NCBI GenBank assembly: GCA_036172245.1
Contig: JAYWIR010000001.1
Location: forward strand, 4,774,001-4,838,000
Direction: 5' to 3'
Length of the DNA stretch: 64,000 nucleotides
Source: Raillietiella orientalis
Taxonomy: Eukaryota
Part shown: positions 11,134-21,000 of the stretch, piece after piece
Layout of the letters: the number at the start of each line of letters is the position of its first letter
How positions within the stretch are numbered: position 1 is the first letter of the stretch
Notes under the pieces: model-generated
Told to the model about the DNA's origin: nothing
The model's database searches: none
Seen by the model: only the letters and a program-made list of their open reading frames with translations
Position numbers and translations under genes: made by a program

Positions 11134-12321
11134 TCAGCTCCCCTGCCCCCCCTGTTCGTTCACCCATGCCCCTTGGGGGCGTTGCCACGCGCCTGCACAG
11201 CGCACGCCGTCGCTTTCGGGCGAGGCGCCGCTGCTCCCTTTGCGCTCCTCTACCGGGACGGCTGGTCTTCCTCGCCCGCACGAAGGAGAGAGCGAAGAGG
11301 CGTGGTCGGGAGAGGGAGGGAAGAGAAGGAGGGAGTTCCGTCTTTGCTACTGGCTTCCTCCGGACGAAGGGGTTCCTGACGCTTCTTTCCCGCTTCCCTC
11401 CATCCCACCCGGCACACTTCGCGGACTGCCGGATTCCCCCGTGATACCCCCTCCTCATCTCGTCTTCCCTTCCTCGCTTCTTCTTGCTCCTCTCTACCTC
11501 CTCCTTTCAACTTCCTCCTCCTCTCCCCGGTCGCCGCTTGCCTTCCCGGGCTGACCAGACCCACCCCTGTCTTCTCGCGAGCTCTCTTGGATGCTCCTGG
11601 TTTTTTTCCGCGTGTCGTCTCCTTCCCAGGGATTCAGCCATCGGAGGGCGCGCTCTTCGCATCCGCGAAGGGCCTTCCGCGGACCCGATCCGCAGAACTC
11701 TTTCGGCCCCCAGAAGGCAAGTTCGAATCTGAGGGAACGGCGCAGGTCTAGTCGCCGGCTCGGGAACGGCTGCGAAGGCCTCCGTGGCACGGTCCTTCTC
11801 CTTCTTCGTCTCCTCTTCGCCCACGGCGTTCTTCGATGGGGAGGCCTCCCTCTCCACCTCCGGCCTCTCGAGGAACGCGCGCGCCTCTTCTTCTTCCCGC
11901 CCTTGGCGCCGGTCCGGCCCTCTCTAACCCCGCCCTCTCTTCGCCACCGCCTCAGACGCAGCCGGTGTGGAGATTCCGGGCGATCATCTCCGCGACCCGT
12001 GCGCGCATGCGCCTGGCGCTCTGGAGCCGGCCGGCGTCGGGAAGAAACACAGCTCGGTCTTCGCTCGAAAATGCCCCAGGGAGTGAGAGTGCGAGGCCGT
12101 GCGGGAGGCAAGGGGGGTGGAGGACTTATGCAGGACAGTCCGCACAAATTCCGCGTCCTCTTCCGACTCCTTGCCCTCAGGGGGTGGCGCGCGCGGCGCT
12201 GTCGTCTTCCTCGTGGAAACTCGCAAGCGTTCAGTCAGCCCGTGGCCTCCTGTCGAACCTGTAGGGCGCAGCGCGGGCGCGCGTAATGGAAGCATGCGCG
12301 GATGGAAGGACGGAGCGAGAA

Positions 12322-12540
12322 GGGGAGGAGAAACGCGGGTCCTCTTTAAGGAGGCTGGGCGCCAGCGCCTCCGGTAGTAGTCAGCCTCCTCGAGGGAAGA
12401 CACGAGTGACCCGCCGCCCTCTGGCATCCGGCGGAATTTCCGCGGACGAGGTCATCGCTTCCGTCTTGTGATGGGTGTTCTCTCCAGGAGAAGGAGACGC
12501 GTGACCCCTCACCCTCTGGCGGCCGGCGGAATTTCTCGCG
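12322..12540 (+). repeat. Intronic direct repeat, copy 2 plus a partial third copy
   Basis: Aligns by eye with 11006-11133. Confidence 0.75.
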
Positions 12541-15500
12541 CGGGACCACGCCGGGCGGAAGAACCTCGTCCTCGTAAGGTCTTCTGACGTCCGCCACCGG
12601 GAAGCGCCTATTTCATCTCCTCGTTTCGGACTCCTCCGGACGAACCGGGGAGGGAGGGTGGAAAGGGAGGGGAAGTGGCGCGCGGCCTCCAGGCGTCTCG
12701 TTGGTCGAGACAGCCGGTGCCGGAAGAGGACCCCGAGCGTCGGCACGGAGTGCCCGCGGGCGACACGTCGTTTCTCGGTGGATGGCAGAGACGTCTCGAC
12801 CGCTTGCGGGCACTCCCTCTCCGCTCCTCCTCCACCCGCCTTCCACCGACGGCGTGCGCGCGAGCGCCAACCGGTGACGACAGCGGCGCACGCGGTCAAG
12901 GCGGGAGGCGAGGAAGGACGCAAGGCGGGAGGTCGAGACAGAGGCCGAAGGCGGGCGGCGCCGGCGGGCTTGCAGAGGCTCGACCCGGGCGCCGGCGACT
13001 TCCACCCTTAGCGTTGACCTTGGGTGATGTGGCTCCTGTCTCCTCCTCCTCCTCCTCCTCCTCGTTCTTCCTCCCATCCCGCGCTTCGAGCTGATTTATG
13101 CCCCCGCGATCTGGCGGAGCGCGCGCCGTGCCTTTTGACCGCCGTCCGCGCGCGTCTTCGGTCCATCGGCGGCGGCATCACCGGTGGCCTTGGAAACGAG
13201 AACGGAAAAAGGAAAAATTCAGTCACCCTCCCTCCTCATTCGTCTTCCTTCCCGGTGAAAGAAAGTTTTGAGAAGGCGCGCCGCTCTGGCCCCTCTCTGC
13301 CTCGCTCTCTCTTCCCTGCTGCCGCCTTCCTCCCCTCCCGTTCTCCCTCGCCGATCAGTGCCGGGCGATTCCCGGAAGATCTGCCTAGGAGGTGGTCGCC
13401 AGAGGCCCGTCCAGACACTTCTGGTGCCCGCTGCAGACGTACAGCGGCAGCATACCCTCTCGACGGATCCTCCATCCACGAGGGCTATCCGAGAGGCGGC
13501 AGCAGCTACCTGTCGGTGCGTGACGTGGGTGGTGGTCACACACGTCCAGGGGTGAACGAGACGACATACACGTCTTCCCGCCGTCTTTCCAGGAAGGCGT
13601 GCGCGGGGTATACTCTCCCTGGCTTTCCATCGCCTCCTGTCCTACTGGATCCTTCCAGACGAAAGTTGCACTGCCAACTGTTGCCTCACGAGCATAGGGA
13701 AATGGTTTTGAATCGGGCCTGTTGTAACCTTGAGCTGCCGCACCATCTCGCGGCGAAATTCGAAACCTCTTCCGGCTTTCGGCCGCCTTTTTTTTCTCTT
13801 TTCTCTCTCTCTTTTGTCTTGCTGAGGGGGGATCCTTTCATCGGACGGCGCGTGCGCAGCAGCGTCGTTGCTCTTTCTCCTTGAAACGAAACGGAAAGTC
13901 TCCTCCCCCTCCTCCTCCCGGCAGAGCGGGGAGAAAAACTGAGAGGTGCGCGGGAAGGGAGGCTCTGGCACGAAAAGCTGTCTGTGGTCGTGCACGGCAA
14001 GATGGCGAAGCCACCGGGTCGACAGAAGCGCCTCTCTCAGACACGCTGGGCATCTTCCTTTTTTCCCTTTCGCCTGCTTGTTCCCCCTTCCTTCTTCCCC
14101 TTCCTCCCAATGTTTCCTTTCATCTTCTTCTTCTTCCTCCTCCTTTCGTTTCGTGAGCAAGCTCGGCCCGCGTGCTTCCTCGCCTTCACCTCTGCGACTC
14201 CACGCGGCTGACCATGTGAGATTGTCCGAAGACATGTTGGCAGCAGAGCGCGTGCGAGGCTGCGGGTGAATCTCTGCTTTCAAGCAACCCTCCATCGCCC
14301 TCGCAGCCTCTGAGCTGCAGCCGCTGCGCTGTCTCGCAGAGCCTGCGAAACAGAGAGAGAGAGAATCCGTGGTCAGACACGCTGAGGTTCTCCGCCTCTC
14401 TCACTTTTGGGCAGGAGCTCACCCCGCTCCGCTCTCAGAGAAGAGTTCCGGATGGTGATGATGATGGCGCTTGTGCGCGGGGCAACCATCCATTCTGCCT
14501 ACCCCGTGTGGGGTTTCGTACCGCCTCACTCTCCCTTCCGCTTCCCTCCTGGGGCCCTTCTCTGTCGACATCTCCGTTCCGGGAAGGAAAGAGCGCGGTT
14601 AGCCTCCAGAGGTGCGGCAGCGGCTGCGGGGAGTCTCACTGTGGTCCTGGTTTCCGGCAGGCTCTGGGGTGCCGTTGCCGGGAAGCGGGGGAGGGGAGAG
14701 GCAGGTCAAGAGCGTTCCGCCTGCTTGGTCGGTCTCTCGAGACGCCTCCACACCACGGGGGTGAAGAGCGGAGTCGCCAAGGGAACGGTATTTCTCGGTG
14801 GTAAGGGGGTGATGGTGGCGGTGCCGTGGAGGCGGTGATCCCCCATGCCAAGGTCCCTCGACGGCTCCTTTGAAGGGCGCGCGTGTCTTCCTCGGGAAGA
14901 GAGAAAGGACCGCAAAGCCTCTTTTTCTCCTTGCAAAGATCCCGAGACCCCAAGAGGTGCGGATGGAAAGGAAGAGAAGTCAGCCGGCGCCGCACAGGAG
15001 CAAAGAACGCGGTGCGGGTGAAAAGGCTCGTCCACCACTCCCGGTCTATGGGGTGCCCGGGGAACGGCATTCTTTTACGCCAGAGGATAAGGACTTTATC
15101 TCTCCTCCCCCCCCCTCCCGTTTCCGGGTTGTCCGAGGGATCGAACGCGCTCACGCCGGCGAGGCGGCCTTTCCGGCCGCGCCCAAGAGCGAGCTCAGAC
15201 TCTTCGCCGCCTCTGCCCGGGGAGCGGAGCGAACATCCCGGCGCAACACACCCCCGAGCTCGAGTTTTCCCTTTTCCCATTCCGAAGGTCACCGGCACCG
15301 GCGCGGCGTGACTGCGTGCGCATGCGTTTGACAGGGGGCGCCTCCTCCTCCTCCTCCCCCCATCCCGAGAGCCGCTGCCGCTGCCAGCTCGCTGCGTGCC
15401 GTGAGCGGCTTTCTCCGGACGCAGGTCTGCGAGTCGGGTCCACAAAGGACTGCTGGAACGCGTGCGCGCGCGCGCGCGCTGCTCCCCGCCAGCGCGGACC

Positions 15501-16734
15501 GGGCGGGGCGGCAGCTTCTTCCGGCAGAATAATCGTGGAGGAGGCAGCGCCTCTGGTGGTGGCGCTCGCGAAACCACTCGCGCCGAGGTCGTCTCCGTTC
15601 CCCTCCGCCAGCCTGCCGCTCCTCTCATGAGCGCCTTTTTTTTCCGGTCCAGGGTGGCGCGCTCGAGATCCAGCAGCGGAAGTGGGGGACTAGTGAGAAA
15701 ACTTCTTCTTCTCGCCCCCTCGTCCTGCGCCACCTACCGGTGGCTCCCCTTCCTATAACGGATAGGCGGCGGGTGGAACCGAGGGTCAGCCGGCAGCAGG
15801 GATGCGAGGTGTGGCCACGCTCCACAGTGGTGCGGCGGCTGCCCTCCGGCGGGTCTTCTCCACGCAGCCTCTTGTCACCTGAAAAGGCAGGGAGTGCGGG
15901 CGCGTGGGACCGGGCTGACCTCCCCCCCCCCCGACGCCTTGGAACCCTCCCACTGCTGCAAGACAATCAGGAGCGCGAGGTCGATGTACCCCTCCGCCTG
16001 GTTACCCATCTGCTTCCCTTGTGATGTTCCTTCATTCAGGTGTTGCAGCAGCAGCCCAGAAAGCGCGTCATCAGCGCGCCTTTGCGCATGCGCGCCATCC
16101 GCGAACTTCGCCGCAGCCTTCATTCCAAACGAGGCGCAGAAAAGCAAAAGGGGGGGGGGGAGAAGAAAACAAAAAGGTTCAGGGGGTTGCGATCTGGTAG
16201 GGGAAAATCGGGCCAGGGAGGTTGCTGTTGTGCTTTCTCGGATGATGGCCGGGGAAGATTGGCTTCCAGCGGGGTCTTTTCATCTTCGTCGGGCGGGGTG
16301 CGTGCGAGAGAGCACGCGTTTCCGCTGCTGCGCAGGCGCTGCGGAGGTAGCCCCTCCGGTTTCTCGGCAGCGCACTTCCAGGCAGAAGATCGTAAATTTT
16401 CGGCAACTCTTTTTTTTTTTTTTTTTTTTTCTTTCCCCTTTGTGGTTTCCTCTTTTCCTCTCCCTCCCCCCTCGTGCACTGCGGCGAGGCTGCCGCTGTG
16501 CGCGCCCGCGCGCGCTCGAGGGGGAAAAAGAGGGAGGGGGAAGCGGACCACCGCCGCCTTTGCGGGAAAAATGGGTTCACACCGGGTTGCGTGAGCGGAT
16601 GGTCGCGCATGCGTCCTGAAGGCTGAGCGGCCGGCACCCTCTTGCAAGTGAGGCCCCCTCTCAGCCGGCGGCGTTCGGCGGCGCGCACGCGCGCTTGCAC
16701 TCCCACCCTCACTGAGCTGTCGCCGCCCTTCCAG

Positions 16735-16914
16735 ATGGAGGACGAGGGCAACCATGGCAACGACGAAACTCGATGCTTCGTGCTGTCCAGCTTCGCGTCG
16801 TCCAAGACCTCGTGTGTCCTATGCCACGACAGCCTCCTCATCTTTGACCGTTACCCGCTCATCGACGGGACCTTCTTCTTGAGTCCTAGGCAGTACCTCA
16901 AGAGCTGCATCCAG
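16735..16914 (+). CDS. hdc: Headcase coding exon 3 (MEDEGNHGNDETRCFVLS...CVLCHDSLLIFDRYPLIDGTFFLSP...CIQ)
   Basis: Acceptor cccttccag|ATG, donor CAG|GTATCT, 180 nt, phase 0/0. Contains the headcase motif C..C...L..F..YPL.DGT.FLSP. Confidence 0.95.
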
Positions 16915-16999
16915 GTATCTCTCGCGCCTTCCCCCCCCCACTTCCTTTCCCGCACCGCCTGTATCCTGGCTTCTCATGCTTTGTTGGTCGTGCCCCCAG

Positions 17000-17185
17000 G
17001 TCAAGATGGACGGAAGGAGTCAGTACTTGTGCGCCGTTTGCATCGCCTGCCTGGAAGGCTGGAACAGGTCGTTCTTGGCGTGCAGCCACTGCAACACGCC
17101 CTGGGATGGATCGCACCTCATACTGGGCACCATGTACTCTTTCGACATCTTCGCCGCGACCCCATGCTGCAGGGAAAGGCTAAAG
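17000..17185 (+). CDS. hdc: Headcase coding exon 4 (VKMDGRSQYLCAVCIACLEGW...CSHCNTPWDGSHLILGTMYSFDIFAATPCCRERLK)
   Basis: Acceptor gcccccag|GTC, donor AAG|GTAGGC, 186 nt. Contains the conserved AVC..CLEG and WDGS...LGTMY..DI.AA.PCC..RL motifs. Confidence 0.95.
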
Positions 17186-17958
17186 GTAGGCACGCCGAAG
17201 TGGCGAATCGCTGGGAGGCAGTGGAGCATGCATCTCGGCCGAAGGGGAGGTGAGCCGCAGACGTCGCCTTTCGACCTCCCCGACCCCACCGCCGTCGGAG
17301 CGTTCTTGCCGGGGGTCATCTTGTCGTGACCGACGTGACCGCCCGCCCGCGCGCGCGCGCGCGCGCGCCGCTCCGGTATTTGCAAGGAGAGGCCTCTTCG
17401 ACGAGGGATACTTCTCGTGGGGGAGGCTGCTCGTGACCCCCATGCCCTAGGGGCGGGTCCTCGCAAATCGGGAAGCGCCGCGGAGGCGCTTTCTGGGGCT
17501 AGCCGGGCTCGCTCCGGAGGAAGCGGAAAAGATCTCGTGAACGGAGCTTGCCATCCCTTTTCTCCCGTTTTTCCGCCGCACTGGCTGCTGGATCCTTCGA
17601 ACGCCCCTCGTCGTCGCCAGAGCGCGTTGCTGGCTCAGCCTGGCAACGGACTCTTAGAGTTGAGGTCTCTCTTGTAGCGTCGGTTCGCTCAGGACCGGAG
17701 GAAAGGGAGGGCTGCGTGTTTGACCCAGCTCGTGGCCGGTGTGAGGTAGCCCGGAATGCCTCTCCTCTCCCTTTCCTGGACGGTGGTGCATCGTCAAGGC
17801 GCGTCCCGTCGCTCCCAGGTGAACCTTCCGGGGGAATAATACGGGGGAAGGAGGGTCAGGGCTGGAGAAGGGGTGGGCGGGAAAGGCGATCCCTGCCCGA
17901 AGGGAGCGGAAGACGGGGATGAAGGAGGGAGACTTCAACTCCCGTTTTTGCCTTTCAG

Positions 17959-18111
17959 TGCTCCAAGTGCCGTCTCCTGGTGACCAATCCAGACCAAAGA
18001 CTCCAGTATTTCTCCGACTACAGTCATCCCAGGAGCTGTCCCCACTGCGGGACCCTGGATTACCACTTCGTCAAGTCCATCTCCTTCTGCAATCGCTCAG
18101 ACAGCATCTGA
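17959..18111 (+). CDS. hdc: Headcase coding exon 5 (CSKCRLLVTNPDQRLQYFSDYSHPRSCPHCGTLDYHFVKSISFCNRSDSI*)
   Basis: Acceptor tttttgcctttcag|TGC. Contains the conserved QYFS.YS....CPHCG.LDYHFVK terminal motif. TGA at 18109-18111. Confidence 0.94.
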   Translation, partial: CSKCRLLVTNPDQRLQYFSDYSHPRSCPHCGTLDYHFVKSISFCNRSDSI

Positions 18112-19650
18112 GCGCGCGCGCACCTCCGGTCCTGCCCTCCGGGTGCGCGCGCACCTCGCGAAGACGAAGAGGACGCACACGTTTCTGTTCCCAGAGCTCC
18201 GTTTGTCCCCGAAACGAAAAGACGGTGGTCATTCTGTGATCCAAATGGTGTGTTCCTTTCTCCTCTGCCTCCTTTTCCTCCTCTTTTTTTTTTTCTCTTT
18301 CTTCTGGAGGGAAGGGGAGGAGCCGTGTACAGAGACTTGCAGCCTCCCCCGCCCCCTCACATCCGTCGCTTCGTGTCTCTCTTTCGTCTGGCTTTTTGGC
18401 AAAGAGGGGCGGCTCAAGGGCCCCCTTCGAGGACCGCGGCAAACGGTTCGTTGGGTCCTTTCCGCCCCTTTCTCGACCCCACCCTAGCCCTGCTGGTGCC
18501 ACCACCGTTCCTTCCTTGCTTCCTCCTCCTCTCCTTCCGGTGCCCAGCTGTTCTCTTTCGCTTGTCGCTCCTGCGCATCCTGCGTCCCCCTCCCTCCCTC
18601 TTCGCGAAAAGAGGGCGGCCGGGGAGATGCCCCCACGCGGAGAGCACTCCCTTTTGCTCACTCCCTGCGCCTCCACCGCCGCCGCCGCCTGCAGGCAGCG
18701 CGCGTTGCGGCGGGGAATCCGAGAGAATCGACGAGCCGGTGAAGACGGGGTGATCTGGCGGGAGAGAAGGGGAGGAAGATCTCCTTCTCCCCCCCCCCTT
18801 CCCCCTCCCCCCTTCCTCTTCCGCGCGCGCGAGCCCCGCTCCCCCTCCCCTCCCCGCTGTGAAGGAGACCCCGCGTCTCCGCGCGCGCCGTGCAGAAATC
18901 GCTGTAAATCGCTTCCGTCTTGTGATAGGTGTCATCCGAAACGGGAAGAGCGCTTGATTCGTCAGGGAATGGTGATGTGTTGTTTCATCATCATCATCAT
19001 TGTTGATTATCGTCTCCAGGTTTCTCTCTCTCTTTTTTTCTTCTTTTTTTTGAGGGTGGGGGAGGGACGAAGGAGAGGGTGCGGGAGAGAGGATAAAAAA
19101 CGGAGAGAAGATCGCGTCTCCCCCCTTCCCCTCCTCCTCCTCCTCGGGGTGGACGCGCCGCGCTTTCCCTGCGCGAACGCGGAGCGGTGGACTTCGTCTG
19201 CCGCCCGCGAGCGGAGGGTTTCCGCGCGCGTTCCAAGCGCTTGGAGAGTCCGGGAGAGGAGCGGAGGTGGCCGGAAGCGGGAGGGACGTGCTGAGGTCCT
19301 CCTCCTCGTCCGTCTCCCGTCTCCGGCGCGCCTCGTCTTCTCCTCCCCCCCCCTCCCCCCTCCCCTTCCACTCTCCCCTCGCCTTCGCGTGCGAGCACGA
19401 CGGGCGCGCACGTTCGGCCGTGCTCCCTCCCCTCTCCTTTCGCTCACCCTCTCCGCGTATGTTCCCCTCCCTCTTTCTCGTTTTGTTTTCGTTGTTATGT
19501 CACAATTGCCTTGGGCAAATATAAATATTTGCCAGAGTGTTTCTCAAAGTACAAAATTCTTCAGGATGCGGGTACAACGTGCAGGGCGTCAAATCGCTGT
19601 TGCATCAGCCTATTTTCGGAACATGTTGATAAAAACTAAAAAAACCCCAA

Positions 19651-19682
19651 AATAAAAAAAAAAAAGCTGTGTTCATAATAAA
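19651..19682 (+). promoter_or_regulatory. Candidate hdc polyadenylation signals (two AATAAA)
   Basis: AATAAA at 19651-19656 and 19677-19682, in the first AT-rich patch after the GC-rich 3' UTR. Implies a 3' UTR of ~1.55 kb. Confidence 0.55.
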
Positions 19683-19849
19683 AAGATGGAAAATCTGTAC
19701 CCGTCGCTGCTTCTTTGCTTACCTGTCCCCTTCCCCCCCCCCCCCCCCGTTAGGGGGCAGAAAACTGGGGAGCACGGGAAGCATCAGCTCTTCAAGCTGC
19801 GACCTCCGTTTCAGAAAGGCGAAACGCAGTTTCTATGGAGGAGAGTAAG

Positions 19850-21000
19850 AGGAGGATGCTGCCGTTGGCAACGGCGCCTCCGTGGCCACTACCATCCGAA
19901 GATGCAGCAGCGGCGCCTCCACTGCTGCCGCCACTGAATCACCCATGTGGAAGGCACGCGTCTGAGCTGCCTCTGTAGCTCCTCTTTCAAGGTGGTGAGC
20001 GAGATGGGACCACCTTCCAGGTGGCGCGTCATATTCCTGAGTGGATGCGGGAATTTTTGCTTTCCTGAAGGGTTGCTTAACGACGGCGCCAGCTAGCAGC
20101 CCTCTGGGGATCCTGTTCAGGATTCTTTTGCCCCGGGTCCTTTTAACCGGAGTCTGCAACTTAACCGGTGCTCACCGTCCAGGAAAGCCTTCAGCGTGAG
20201 GCGAAAGAAAGGGTTGACGCGTGCTCTGCTAGCTCGCTGAGCCAGCGGCAAGTTGAACCTCCGACCAGCTTGAGAATCGCACCGTGTGATCCCGATGACC
20301 ATCATCTTGAGAGGATACAGGGATGGGATGTGCGCTCACCTCTGAAATTCTAAGGGACGGCGCTTTGATCCCGTCGGAGTCCGGCAGCCGAAGGAACCAA
20401 CGATGGACTGTTGGCGCGCGTGCCACGGGAGCTGCCCACGCGCCGAGCCTTTCCTCTCCCGACCGCGCGTTAGGGTCAGCGCTCGTGCTTCGGCCTTTTT
20501 TTTTTCGACGGTCAGACGACTTCCTCTTTGTCGGCAGGGTGTGGCGATGGGGACCAGAGCTCTCTCTGCAGATCTGTCTCCTTCCCTCTGTGGCTCCTTC
20601 CCTTAGTCTTTCCTGGAGCCGCGGCGAAGCGCCTCAACCTCCCTTGCAGCGGTGGGTCGACCGGAGGACAACTTAGGAGGTCACCGCCGGAAGCTGGAGT
20701 GGCAGGCAAACCGCCGCGGCTTCGGGATTCCCTCTCTCCCTCTCCTCCACTGGGGGCGATGAGAGAGGGGGTGGGGTGAGAAGCGGAAGGTTCCTGCGCC
20801 CCAACGCCGCCCATCCTCCCAGGAGCTCCGGCGTTCAGCGCAGGGCAGGGTGGCAGAGTCTCCCTCCCTCCTCCAGGAGGTGCGTTACGGAAACCATCTA
20901 GCGAGCGGCTTGACTACCGCCCCCGCCGCTACACAGAGGGGTCGAGTCGACCCAATCCTGCCACGCCGAGGGCTCTGCTGAGCGCGCTGTCAGTCCTCCC
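19850..21000 (-). mobile_element. Decayed LINE reverse-transcriptase remnant just downstream of hdc
   Basis: In order on -: LTLKAFLDGEHRL (cf. LD..KAFD.V.H..L), LEGGPISLTTL (cf. PQG..ISP.LF), FHMGDSVA (at the YADD position). Frameshifted. Confidence 0.45.

Noticed and set aside
10289-11458. 389-aa antisense ORF overlapping hdc exons 1-2, and other long intronic ORFs such as 14636-15733
   Set aside because: Shadow ORFs caused by high GC content and the Ser-codon repeat. No domain or splice support.
18396-19655. 419-aa ORF in the hdc 3' UTR
   Set aside because: It is in a different frame from the hdc stop, starts at a non-ATG codon, and translates homopolymer and simple-repeat DNA.
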